Shown in pieces: positions 8,893 through 17,520 of a stretch of 64,000 bases of DNA. Source of the stretch: an uncultured Oscillospiraceae bacterium (GTDB lineage: Bacteria > Bacillota > Clostridia > Oscillospirales > JAAYXM01). The DNA is taken from the NCBI GenBank assembly GCA_934646115.1, contig CAKUEM010000004.1, positions 9,891 to 73,890 of the forward strand, written 5' to 3'. Below the pieces are notes generated by a model that worked only from the letters and a program-made list of their open reading frames with translations, was not told the origin of the DNA and did not search any database. The first letter of the stretch is position 1, and every line of letters starts with the position of its first letter. The position numbers were made by a program, and so were the translations under genes.

Positions 8893-9330
8893 ATGATGTT
8901 GGATAAAAAGCAGATTCAGGAGATCATTCCGCATCGCGGCGAGATGCTTTTGCTTGACCGGGTGCTTGAGCTTGTGCCGGGCGAGCGCTGCGTTGCAGAA
9001 AAAACGCTGACGGGAGACGAATGGTTTTTCAAAGGGCATTTCCCCGGCATGCCGGTCATGCCCGGCGTTCTGACGATGGAAGCGCTCGCGCAGGCGGGCG
9101 CGGTTGCGGTGCTTTCCATGCCGGAGTTTGCGGGGAAGATCGGGCTGTTTGCGGGCATTGACAAGGCGCGGTTTAAGCGCAAGATCACGCCCGGAGACAC
9201 GATTCGGCTGGAGGTCGAGCTGATTCGTCTGCGCGGTCCGATCGGGGTCGGCAAGGCGGTTGCGTTTGTAGACGGCGAAAAAGCTGCGTATGGCGAGCTG
9301 ACCTTTGCAATCGGCAACGCGACAGAGTAA
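8893..9330 (+). CDS. fabZ: 3-hydroxyacyl-ACP dehydratase
   Basis: 145 aa, IPHRGEMLLLDRV...FFKGHFPGMPVMPGVL..EALAQ. Hotdog fold with FabZ His/Glu contexts. Confidence 0.93.
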   Translation: MMLDKKQIQEIIPHRGEMLLLDRVLELVPGERCVAEKTLTGDEWFFKGHFPGMPVMPGVLTMEALAQAGAVAVLSMPEFAGKIGLFAGIDKARFKRKITPGDTIRLEVELIRLRGPIGVGKAVAFVDGEKAAYGELTFAIGNATE

Positions 9331-9336
9331 GGCGGG

Positions 9337-10689
9337 ATGGCTATGACAATCAAAAAAGTGTTGATCGCAAACCGCTCGGAAATTGCCGTGCGGATCATTC
9401 GCGCATGCCGCGATATGGGGATCATCTCGGTTGCGGTGTATTCCACCGCGGATGCAGACGCGCTGCATACGCAGATCGCGGACGAGGCAATTTGCATCGG
9501 TCCGCCGCGTCCGGCGGACAGTTATTTGAATAAAGAGCGAATCATCAGCGCGGCGCTTGCCATCGGCGCGGATGCGATCCACCCGGGGTTTGGATTCCTA
9601 TCTGAAAATGCGGAGTTCGCGCGCCTGTGCGAGCAGCATGGCATTTGTTTTATCGGTCCTCCGGCTGATGCAATCGCCCGCATGGGCGATAAGATCGAGG
9701 CGCGGCGCACCGTGCAGGAGGCGGGCGTTCCGGTTATTCCCGGGTCAGACGGGGCGGTCGATTCGTACAAGCAGGCGGAGACGATCGCGGTGCGCATCGG
9801 CTTTCCGCTGATGATCAAGGCGTGCGCAGGAGGAGGAGGCCGCGGGATCCGTCAGGTGGATTCTATGGAGGAGCTGCGCCGTCAATATGACGCGGCGCGC
9901 GCCGAGGCGAAGGTCTCGTTTGGCGACGATCGCGTGTATATAGAAAAATGCATTCTTTCGCCGCGCCATGTGGAGTTTCAGATCCTTGCGGATGCGCATG
10001 GCAACGCGGTGCATCTGTTTGAGCGCGACTGCTCTGTGCAGCGCAAGCATCAAAAGCTGGTGGAAGAGTCGCCTTCCACGTTTATCGATGACGAAATGCG
10101 CCGCGAAATGGGCGAAAAGGCGGTGCGCGCGGCGCGCGCGGCGGGTTATGTCGGCGCGGGAACGATAGAGTATCTCATCGATGAAGACCGGAAATTTTAT
10201 TTTATGGAAATGAACACGCGCATTCAGGTTGAGCATCCGGTCACGGAGATGGTGACCGGGGTGGATATCGTACGTGAGCAGATCCGCATTGCGGCGGGCG
10301 AGCCGTTGGGCTATACGCAGGCGGATATCCGCCTGGACGGGCATGCGATCGAATGCCGCATCAATGCGGAGGACCCGGAGCGGAATTTTGCCCCCTGCCC
10401 GGGAACGATCCATGCGCTGCATATGCCGGGCGGACCGGGCGTGCGCATTGACAGCGCAGTGTATCAGGGGTATACGATCCCGCCGTTTTATGATTCGATG
10501 ATCGTGAAGCTGATCGTTCACGGAAAAGACCGCAAAACGGCGATCGAGCGTATGCGCCGCGCCTTGGCGGAATGCCTGGTCGACGGGGTCACGATCAATG
10601 CAGATTACCAGATGGCGATCGTGAGCCACCCGGACTTTATTTCGGGAGAGTATGGAACGGATTTCATCGAGCGGGACCTGCAGCTCTGA
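9337..10689 (+). CDS. accC: acetyl-CoA carboxylase biotin carboxylase subunit
   Basis: 450 aa with an ATP-grasp domain (MIKACAGGGGRGIR, EMNTRIQVEHPVTE). Confidence 0.95.
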   Translation: MAMTIKKVLIANRSEIAVRIIRACRDMGIISVAVYSTADADALHTQIADEAICIGPPRPADSYLNKERIISAALAIGADAIHPGFGFLSENAEFARLCEQHGICFIGPPADAIARMGDKIEARRTVQEAGVPVIPGSDGAVDSYKQAETIAVRIGFPLMIKACAGGGGRGIRQVDSMEELRRQYDAARAEAKVSFGDDRVYIEKCILSPRHVEFQILADAHGNAVHLFERDCSVQRKHQKLVEESPSTFIDDEMRREMGEKAVRAARAAGYVGAGTIEYLIDEDRKFYFMEMNTRIQVEHPVTEMVTGVDIVREQIRIAAGEPLGYTQADIRLDGHAIECRINAEDPERNFAPCPGTIHALHMPGGPGVRIDSAVYQGYTIPPFYDSMIVKLIVHGKDRKTAIERMRRALAECLVDGVTINADYQMAIVSHPDFISGEYGTDFIERDLQL

Positions 10690-10706
10690 TAAAGGAGTGA
10701 GCGAAG

Positions 10707-11564
10707 CTGTTACAGGATTTATTTAAGAAAACACGATATGCCACGGTGTCGCCACCGCGGAAAACAGAACAAACGCCGCCGGAAAGTGGCGTAAAATGCC
10801 CGAAATGCGGGAAAATATACACGGAAGAGGAATATGCGCGTGCGCATGCCGTGTGCCGCGTGTGCGGGCATCATGGGCGCATTGGCGCACAGGAGCGAAT
10901 CGCGCTGCTTGCCGATGCGGAAACTTTTGTGGAATATGACGAGGGATTATTCACGGAAAACCCCTTGAAATTTGAGGGATATGAGGGTAAAATAAATGAG
11001 CTTCATACTCGTACCGGGCTGCGCGAGGCGGTCGTTTGCGGTGAATGCGAAATTGGCGGCGCGCGCTGCATGCTCGGCGTGATGGATGCGCGCTTTCTGA
11101 TGGCGTCCATGGGCAGTGTGGTCGGCGAGAAGCTCACAAGGCTGTTTGAACGGGCGACCGAGCGGCGGCTTCCGGTCGTGCTGTGCTGCGCGTCCGGCGG
11201 CGCGCGGATGCATGAGGGGATCTATTCGCTCATGCAGATGGCGAAGGTCTCGGGCGCTGTGCGGCGGCATAGCGACGCGGGTCAGCTTTACATTACGGTG
11301 CTGACCGATCCGACTACGGGCGGCGTGACGGCGAGCTTTGCGATGCTGGGCGATGTGATTTTATCTGAGCCGGGCGCATTGATCGGCTTTGCCGGGCGGC
11401 GCGTGATCGAGGGTACGATCGGTGAAAAGCTGCCGGAGGATTTCCAAAGTGCGGAGTTTAATTTGGAAAACGGCTTTGTGGATGCGATCGTGCCGCGCGA
11501 GAAGCTGCGCGATACGCTCAATCTGCTTTTAAACCTGCATAAGGAGGTTGAGCGCGTTGAGTAA
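10707..11564 (+). CDS. accD: acetyl-CoA carboxylase carboxyltransferase beta subunit; start proposed at CTG 10707 (the alternative is GTG 10746)
   Basis: Zn-ribbon CPKCGK...CRVCGHH and a carboxyltransferase core. The in-frame peptide (L)LQDLFKKTRYATV upstream of GTG 10746 matches the conserved AccD N-terminus. An in-frame TGA lies at 10698. The RBS aaaggag (10691-10697) sits 9 nt before the CTG. Confidence 0.88.
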   Translation: MLQDLFKKTRYATVSPPRKTEQTPPESGVKCPKCGKIYTEEEYARAHAVCRVCGHHGRIGAQERIALLADAETFVEYDEGLFTENPLKFEGYEGKINELHTRTGLREAVVCGECEIGGARCMLGVMDARFLMASMGSVVGEKLTRLFERATERRLPVVLCCASGGARMHEGIYSLMQMAKVSGAVRRHSDAGQLYITVLTDPTTGGVTASFAMLGDVILSEPGALIGFAGRRVIEGTIGEKLPEDFQSAEFNLENGFVDAIVPREKLRDTLNLLLNLHKEVERVE

Positions 11565-12387
11565 AAAGCAAAGATCGGTTGCCGAGCGGATCGAGATCGG
11601 GCGGCATAAGGATCGACCAAATATTACAGATTACATTTCTCTTATTTTCGAGGATTTTATTGAGCTGCATGGCGATCGCGCCTTTGGCGACGATTCGGCA
11701 ATATGCGGCGGAATCGCCCGGTTTCAGGGCGCGCCGGTCACTGTGATCGGTCACAAAAAGGGCAAGAATACTACAGAAAATATCAAAATGAATTTCGGTA
11801 TGCCATATCCGGAGGGATATCGCAAAGCGCTGCGGCTGATGCGGCAGGCGGAGAAATTCCATCGCCCGATCCTTTGCTTTGTGGATACGCCGGGCGCGCA
11901 TTGCGGCGTCGGCGCGGAGCAGCGCGGGCAGGGCGAGGCGATCGCGCGAAATCTATATGAAATGATGGGGCTGCGCGTTCCGATCATTTCCGTGATCACC
12001 GGGGAGGGCGGAAGCGGCGGCGCGCTGGCGCTTGCTGTGGCCAATGAGGTGTACATGCTTGAAAACGCGGTGTATTCCATCAGTTCGCCGGAAGGGTTTG
12101 CCAGTATTTTATGGAAAGACCCGACGCGTGAGCTGGAAGCGGCGGAACAGCTGCGCATGACGGCGCCCGATTTATTAGAGTTTGGCGTGATCGAAAAAGT
12201 CATTGCAGAGCCGCGCGGCGGCGCGCATGAGGACGCAAACGCGGTTGCGAAAAACTTAAAAAAAGCGTTCGCAGAGGCGCTTGCGCGTATGGCAGATATG
12301 TCGGGCGAGCAGCTTGTAAACGAGCGGTATCAAAAATTCCGTAATATCGGCGTGTTTGGCGAGGAAACAATTACTGAAAAGGCATAA
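11548..12387 (+). CDS. accA: acetyl-CoA carboxylase carboxyltransferase alpha subunit
   Basis: 279 aa, ...RHKDRPNITDYI...FVDTPGAHCGVGAEQRGQGEAIA.... The start is TTG at 11548 or 11557, right after aaggagg. It overlaps the accD stop. Confidence 0.92.
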   Translation: MSALSKKQRSVAERIEIGRHKDRPNITDYISLIFEDFIELHGDRAFGDDSAICGGIARFQGAPVTVIGHKKGKNTTENIKMNFGMPYPEGYRKALRLMRQAEKFHRPILCFVDTPGAHCGVGAEQRGQGEAIARNLYEMMGLRVPIISVITGEGGSGGALALAVANEVYMLENAVYSISSPEGFASILWKDPTRELEAAEQLRMTAPDLLEFGVIEKVIAEPRGGAHEDANAVAKNLKKAFAEALARMADMSGEQLVNERYQKFRNIGVFGEETITEKA

Positions 12388-12506
12388 AATGTGCGGCTTT
12401 CGGGGGAATTGCCCGGGCAGAGCCATGCTTTGGAATTGGCGCTGTGTTTTGCAGCGTGTATTCGGCCCGCATTGGTATATAAAATATCTTTATGGAGGAA
12501 TGATTC

Positions 12507-12734
12507 ATGGTAATCAATAAGGTGAAAAAGATTCTGGCGGCTCAGCTCGATATCGACGTGAACAAGATCACGGAATCAACGGATATCGCCGAGGATCTGG
12601 GCGCGGATTCGCTCGATGTGGTGGAGCTCATGATGTCGATCGAAGAGGAATTCGGCATTGAGATTTCCGATGAAGAGGCGCGCAACTTTAAAACGGTTGG
12701 CGATGTCGTTTCTTATATCGAGTCTAAGGCGTAA
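12507..12734 (+). CDS. acpP: acyl carrier protein
   Basis: 75 aa with the phosphopantetheine site LGADSLDVVELMM and RBS ggagg upstream. Confidence 0.93.
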   Translation: MVINKVKKILAAQLDIDVNKITESTDIAEDLGADSLDVVELMMSIEEEFGIEISDEEARNFKTVGDVVSYIESKA

Positions 12735-12747
12735 ATTTTGCCATCAA

Positions 12748-12790
12748 GACGGGCAGGAAATGCGAGTAAGCATTTCCTGCCCGTCTTTTT
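12748..12790 (+). terminator. rho-independent terminator of the fab/acc operon
   Basis: A 16-bp perfect stem gacgggcaggaaatgc / gcatttcctgcccgtc followed by TTTTT. Confidence 0.85.
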
Positions 12791-12812
12791 ATAGCAGCGC
12801 GATATGGGGATA

Positions 12813-12846
12813 ATAAAAACGGGGGAATGCAGCTAGCATTCCCCCG
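12813..12846 (-). terminator. rho-independent terminator of the oxidoreductase operon
   Basis: Minus-strand hairpin cgggggaaugc-loop-gcauucccccg followed by UUUUUAUUAU, 27 nt after the stop at 12873. Confidence 0.8.
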
Positions 12847-12872
12847 TGATATGAGGCGTTATTATTCGGGAA

Positions 12873-13409
12873 TTAGCCCTCGTAATGATATCCGAGCTCT
12901 ACCGCTTTGATGTTTTTATCGATCAGCGCCGCCTTGCGCGCCGGAACGACCTTGCGGATCGCCGCCGTGATCGATTCTAAGTTGCAATCCGGCAGCTCGC
13001 GCACGACCTTACCCAGCATGATCATATTCGCCATGCCGCTCAGATCATTGTCATTTGCCATCTGCGTAGACGGGATGTAGAAGCACTTCACATCCGGGCG
13101 GTTGACCTTGCGCGTGATAAGCGTACTGTCGATAAACGCGATGCCATTTTCTAAAATTGCATTTTCGAATTTATCCAGCGAAGGCAGGTTCATCGCAATT
13201 AAGATCTGCGGATCGTTGACGATCGGAGAGCCGATCGGCGTGTCGCTGATGATCACGCTGCAATTCGCCGTGCCGCCGCGCATTTCGGGGCCGTAGGACG
13301 GAAGCCAGCTCACCTCATGCCCGTCCATCATGCCGGCATACACCAAAACCTTGCCGGAGAACAGGATGCCCTGTCCGCCGAAGCCTGCGATTACGATCTC
13401 GTTTTTCAT
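12873..13409 (-). CDS. 2-oxoacid:ferredoxin oxidoreductase gamma subunit (KorC type)
   Basis: 178 aa, [22 protein letters not shown]...LPSYGPEMRGGTANCSVIIS. Substrate (2-oxoglutarate or another 2-oxoacid) cannot be told from the sequence by eye. Confidence 0.88.
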   Translation of the reverse strand: MKNEIVIAGFGGQGILFSGKVLVYAGMMDGHEVSWLPSYGPEMRGGTANCSVIISDTPIGSPIVNDPQILIAMNLPSLDKFENAILENGIAFIDSTLITRKVNRPDVKCFYIPSTQMANDNDLSGMANMIMLGKVVRELPDCNLESITAAIRKVVPARKAALIDKNIKAVELGYHYEG

Positions 13410-14161
13410 TATGCCTTCGCCTCCTCTCCGATGTCCTTAAACACGCCGAGCGGATAGTAGGGAAGCATGTTCTCTTCCAGCCACTCAAGCGCTTTGACCG
13501 GGCTGAGACCCCAGTTCGTCGGACAGCTGGAGACGACCTCTACGATCGAGAAGCCTTTGCCCTCAAGCTGATATTGAAATGCCTTTTTGATCGCGCGCTT
13601 TGCGTTGTTGACGTTTTTTATGTTGTTTACCGTCACGCGCTCTGCATAGGCGGTACCGCTCAGCGTGGCGAGCATCTCGCAAACGCGAACCGGATAACCG
13701 TCAAGCTTGACGTCACGGCCATACGGCGTGGTCTGCGTGATCTGCTCAGGCAGCGTGGTCGGCGCCATCTGACCGCCGGTCATGCCGTAAATCGCGTTGT
13801 TTACGAAAATGACCGTGATGTTCTCGCCGCGCGTTGCGGCATGCACGGTTTCCGCCGTGCCGATTGCGGCGAGGTCGCCATCGCCCTGATAGGTAAAGAT
13901 CACGTTATCCGGCAGCGCGCGGCGCAGACCGGTCGCCACGGCGGGCGCGCGTCCGTGTGGCGCTTCCACCATGTCGCATTCAAAATAATTATAAGCAAGC
14001 ACGCTGCATCCGACCGGCGCCACGCCGACCGTGCGCTCCGTGATTGCAAGCTCGTCCATCGTTTCAGCCACCAGGCGGTGGATGATCCCGTGGGTACATC
14101 CCGGACAGTAATGCGTCGGGACATTGGATAAGGATTTCGGTCTTTCAAATACCACAGCCAT
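13409..14161 (-). CDS. 2-oxoacid:ferredoxin oxidoreductase beta subunit (TPP-binding, KorB type)
   Basis: Start trimmed to ATG 14161 ([25 protein letters not shown]...[11 protein letters not shown]). Start and stop overlap the neighbouring genes by 1 nt each (TAATG junctions). Confidence 0.88.
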   Translation of the reverse strand: MAVVFERPKSLSNVPTHYCPGCTHGIIHRLVAETMDELAITERTVGVAPVGCSVLAYNYFECDMVEAPHGRAPAVATGLRRALPDNVIFTYQGDGDLAAIGTAETVHAATRGENITVIFVNNAIYGMTGGQMAPTTLPEQITQTTPYGRDVKLDGYPVRVCEMLATLSGTAYAERVTVNNIKNVNNAKRAIKKAFQYQLEGKGFSIVEVVSSCPTNWGLSPVKALEWLEENMLPYYPLGVFKDIGEEAKA

Positions 14162-15225
14162 TATTTCAGCCCTCCCGCAATTTCTTTGATTTTCGCAAGC
14201 ACCTCGTCCGGCTTCATGACCATGCCGCCGGTGCGGTTGCAGAGATAAACCGGGCGCGAGCAATCGATCGCAAGCTTCACGTCCTCGATCATCTGACCCA
14301 TGGACAGCTCCACGCTTAAAAACGCCTTCGCCGTGGCAGAAACCTTCTTCAACGTATCCTCCGGGAACGGCCAAAGCGTGATCGGGCGGACAATGCCTAC
14401 ACGAATGCCCTGCTCACGCGCCGCAAGGACCGCGTTTTTCGCAACGCGCGCCGCCGCGCCGTATGCAACGATCACGATATCCGCGTCGTCCGTCATGAAG
14501 CACTCTGCCTTCTGCTCGGTCGCTTTGATTTTTGCATAACGCTCAAAACGCTCAAAATTCGTGCGCTCCAGTTCATCCGGCGCGAGATAGAGCGAGTTTA
14601 CGATGTTTTTCTTGCGTTTGCCATGCGTGCCGTTGGTCGCCCAATCCTTCGGCGGGAGCTTGCGGCTGCTCTCGGTCGGGAATTCCGCCGGCTCCATCAT
14701 CTGACCGAGAATACCGTCGCCCAGGATCATGACCGGCATCCGATACAGATCCGCCATATCAAACGCATCGTAAGTCAGGTTGACCATCTCCTGCACCGTG
14801 CTCGGCGCAACAACGATCACATGGAAGTCGCCATGGCCGAGGCCGCGCGTCGCCTGAAAATAGTCAGACTGCGACGGCTGAATGCCGCCGAGACCCGGAC
14901 CGCCGCGCTGGATATTGATAATGACCGCCGGCAGGTCGCTGCCCGCGAGGTAAGAGATGCCCTCGCCCTTCAGGGAAATTCCGGGGCTGGAGCTGGAGGT
15001 AAGCACGCGCATGCCCGCGCTGGACGCGCCAAGCACCATATTGATCGCGGCGATCTCGCTCTCCGCCTGGAGATATGTACCGCCATTTTTGCGCATATGC
15101 TTTGCCATATACGCCGCAACCTCTGTCTGCGGGGTGATCGGGTATCCGAAGAAGAACCGGCAGCCGGCGCGCATCGCCGCTTCTGCAAGCGCTTCGTTCC
15201 CTTTCATTAATACTTTTTCTGACAT
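14161..15225 (-). CDS. 2-oxoacid:ferredoxin oxidoreductase alpha subunit (KorA type)
   Basis: 354 aa, [36 protein letters not shown]... Confidence 0.9.
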   Translation of the reverse strand: MSEKVLMKGNEALAEAAMRAGCRFFFGYPITPQTEVAAYMAKHMRKNGGTYLQAESEIAAINMVLGASSAGMRVLTSSSSPGISLKGEGISYLAGSDLPAVIINIQRGGPGLGGIQPSQSDYFQATRGLGHGDFHVIVVAPSTVQEMVNLTYDAFDMADLYRMPVMILGDGILGQMMEPAEFPTESSRKLPPKDWATNGTHGKRKKNIVNSLYLAPDELERTNFERFERYAKIKATEQKAECFMTDDADIVIVAYGAAARVAKNAVLAAREQGIRVGIVRPITLWPFPEDTLKKVSATAKAFLSVELSMGQMIEDVKLAIDCSRPVYLCNRTGGMVMKPDEVLAKIKEIAGGLK

Positions 15226-15234
15226 GAGACCGCC

Positions 15235-15441
15235 CTACCTTTCTACTGTAATTACCACGTCGGGACACATGGTTGCGCACATAGCGCAGCCGATGCATGC
15301 GCCCTGATCGATGATCTGCGCGGGGTTATAGCCCTTTTTGTTGATTTTATCCTGCGCCATTACCAGGATCTTTTTGGGGCAGGCATTGACGCAAAGCCCA
15401 CAACCCTTACATTCATCTTCGCGGAATGTAACCTTAGCCAT
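15235..15441 (-). CDS. 4Fe-4S dicluster ferredoxin-type delta subunit (KorD type)
   Basis: 68 aa with two CxxCxxCxxxCP motifs (CKGCGLCVNACP, CIGCAMCATMCP). Confidence 0.88.
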   Translation of the reverse strand: MAKVTFREDECKGCGLCVNACPKKILVMAQDKINKKGYNPAQIIDQGACIGCAMCATMCPDVVITVER

Positions 15442-15525
15442 AACAAAAACCTCCTTTTATCCTATCCGAAAGGCAATGCCTTTGCTCGAACGAGCCCGCG
15501 AGATCGCGGCGGGAGTTTACAAAAA

Positions 15526-16188
15526 TCAAAGCTGCCAAACGTCTTTTTCCATCACATCGATCGCAAACGGATGCGGAAGCCGCGGCGGCTCAAGCTTGTG
15601 ACTATAGCTTGTCATCACAAGCGGAAGCCCGGTCAGCTCGCTCACATGCTGCGCGAAAGCCCCGGTCTCTTCCACCGTGGCGCGCGTGGTCTCGCGCCCT
15701 AGATTGCTGTTGTTCACCAGCCCGGTAAAGCGGACATGGCAGGCGTCCTCGATCTCGCGGCGGATTTCCAGAACCTGCTCCGGCGTGCGTGTATCCGGCC
15801 GATATTGGTTTAAAACCATAAGCATATCATATTCCGCCGGGTCAGAAAGAAATTCCGCAAAACGCCCGAGCGCATAGGCGCCGCGGTCGTCCCCGCCCAG
15901 GTCGATGACCGAATAGGCAGGCGAGTGCGCGAACACGGAATAGGCCTCTGCCGGGATCGATGGCAGATCCACATTTGAGTTCGCAAACGGTGAGGAAATA
16001 AAGCGAATGCCCGCGGCTTCAAGCGCCGCCTGGCTGTCTTTCGACCGGAAATAGGGATTTACGATATCCAGGTCGCAGATCGAGCAATCGCGCCCCTGCT
16101 TTTTGTGATAGAAGGCGAGGTTGACCGCAAGGTTCGTTTTTCCGCTGCCGTAATGCCCTGCGAAAATCGTGATTTTTTTAAACTGCAA
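15526..16188 (-). CDS. P-loop NTPase of the MinD/ParA/CooC (SIMIBI) class, function unknown
   Basis: 220 aa with a TTG start behind aggagg. Walker A is GHYGSGKT and Walker B-like is VIDLGGDD. Located 84 nt upstream of the delta-subunit gene on the same strand. Confidence 0.7.
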   Translation of the reverse strand: MQFKKITIFAGHYGSGKTNLAVNLAFYHKKQGRDCSICDLDIVNPYFRSKDSQAALEAAGIRFISSPFANSNVDLPSIPAEAYSVFAHSPAYSVIDLGGDDRGAYALGRFAEFLSDPAEYDMLMVLNQYRPDTRTPEQVLEIRREIEDACHVRFTGLVNNSNLGRETTRATVEETGAFAQHVSELTGLPLVMTSYSHKLEPPRLPHPFAIDVMEKDVWQL

Positions 16189-16224
16189 GTCACGCCGCCT
16201 CCTTATAATTTGGGATTATACATT

Positions 16225-16253
16225 ATCATATCACCGAAGCGAGCGTATTGCAA
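16225..16253 (-). promoter_or_regulatory. candidate sigma-A promoter of the NTPase-oxidoreductase operon (TTGCAA-17-TATGAT)
   Basis: Plus strand shows atcata at 16225-16230 and ttgcaa at 16248-16253 with a 17-nt spacer. Confidence 0.45.
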
Positions 16254-16371
16254 GGGCAATAATCTACTTGAAACAACAAAATTCGCGCAATATTTTGTGA
16301 AAAACGTCATGACGCGCGGTCAAAAAAGAGAAAAGAGGGAAAGTTTGGCATGACGCGCGCAAAATGCGCGC

Positions 16372-16411
16372 AAAAAAACCAGAGCCGAAGCACACGTCAT
16401 CAGCTCTGGTT
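16372..16411 (-). terminator. rho-independent terminator downstream of spo0A
   Basis: Minus-strand aaccagagc-loop-gcucugguu followed by UUUUUUUG. It begins about 40 nt after the stop at 16453. Confidence 0.7.
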
Positions 16412-16452
16412 TTAAAATGCTTGAAGCATGCAGATACTAACGGCGGAGCGGC

Positions 16453-17232
16453 TTAGCCCGCCACGCGCTGCTTATACTGCAAATGCAGCTTATCGGCGAT
16501 CATCGCGATGAATTCAGAATTCGTCGGCTTGCCCTTGGTGTTTGAGACCGTGTAGCCGAAGAAGCTGTTGAGCGTGTCGATGTCGCCGCGATTCCACGCG
16601 GTTTCGATCGCATGGCGAATGGCGCGCTCCACGCGCGAGCTGGTCGTTCCGAATTTTTTCGCAACGGAGGGATAGAGAACCTTTGTGATCGCGTTGATCA
16701 CTTCCATATCTTCCACAGCCATCATGATCGCTTCGCGGACATAATGATAGCCTTTGATATGCGCAGGAACACCCACTTCGTGAATAATATTTGTTACAGC
16801 GAGCTTAAGCGCGGCGCGCTGCTCATCTGCAAATTTTTCCTGCGGGGTAAAACGTTCGCTGTAAAACGTGCGGATCCGGTGGATCAGCGCGTCTAACGAA
16901 AACGGCTTGATCAAAAAATAAGTCACGCCAAGCGTGTTCGCCTCTGCGATCAGCGACTCATTGGCAAACGAAGAGATCATGAAAAACAACGGTCGCTTCG
17001 GAAGCTCCATCGCATTGACCGCCTGCATGACGCCAAGCCCGTCTAACTGCGGCAGAATGTTGTTTAAGATCACAACGTCCGGCGTGTCAGAGGCGATACG
17101 CTCTACCAGCTCGTTGCCGTCAGAAACCGTGGCGGTCACTTCAAAGTCCGCCTCCTCAAGCAAACGGTCAGAAATCAATGTGCGAAAATCAAGGTTATCA
17201 TCGGCTACAATGGTTCTGATTAAAGTGTTCAT
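16453..17232 (-). CDS. spo0A: sporulation master regulator Spo0A (receiver plus Spo0A_C DNA-binding domain); phospho-acceptor position reads Asn
   Basis: [13 protein letters not shown]...[14 protein letters not shown]...MISSFA...LIKPF...[24 protein letters not shown]...[15 protein letters not shown]...[15 protein letters not shown]. The C-terminal domain is unmistakably Spo0A. Start taken at ATG 17232. Confidence 0.93.
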   Translation of the reverse strand: MNTLIRTIVADDNLDFRTLISDRLLEEADFEVTATVSDGNELVERIASDTPDVVILNNILPQLDGLGVMQAVNAMELPKRPLFFMISSFANESLIAEANTLGVTYFLIKPFSLDALIHRIRTFYSERFTPQEKFADEQRAALKLAVTNIIHEVGVPAHIKGYHYVREAIMMAVEDMEVINAITKVLYPSVAKKFGTTSSRVERAIRHAIETAWNRGDIDTLNSFFGYTVSNTKGKPTNSEFIAMIADKLHLQYKQRVAG

Positions 17233-17520
17233 ATGTCCCTCCAAAAATATAACTGTAAAAATATGGGTAATCTCGATGTGATTAATTTACCATAAAATCT
17301 CAGAAAATGCAACAACTTTTTGGAAAATATTTCAAATAATTTACAAAGGGATTGCGCGCCGAAAAAAATATTTGAAAAAGCATGCGAAAAAACAGGAGAT
17401 CCGCCGAATGCTGTCACACCCGGCGGATACGAAAAAATCACAGCGCTGCACACAGGAAACCGGCGCAGACGGGGAATGCCGGGGCTACGGCGAAGCCATT
17501 ATCACGAACATATGATTATA

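Noticed and set aside
12390-12533. A 43-codon ORF in the accA-acpP spacer (MCGFRGNCPG...).
   Set aside because: It has no RBS, runs into and overlaps the acpP start out of frame, and has a composition typical of non-coding GC-rich spacer.
13409-14374. N-terminal extensions of several track ORFs. Examples: 13409..14374, 1426..2784, 34676..36556, 41716..42960, 59653..60984, 62732..63397, 30707..31504, 55007..56176, 53983..54846.
   Set aside because: The extensions overlap the preceding gene or a promoter/terminator. They lack family similarity, and internal starts with good RBS give canonical N-termini. Coordinates were trimmed accordingly.
16308-16359. Direct repeat catgacgcgcg at 16308-16318 and 16349-16359, downstream of spo0A.
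   Set aside because: It is a short, GC-rich two-copy repeat in an intergenic region with no further structure. It is likely fortuitous, or part of promoter/terminator context.
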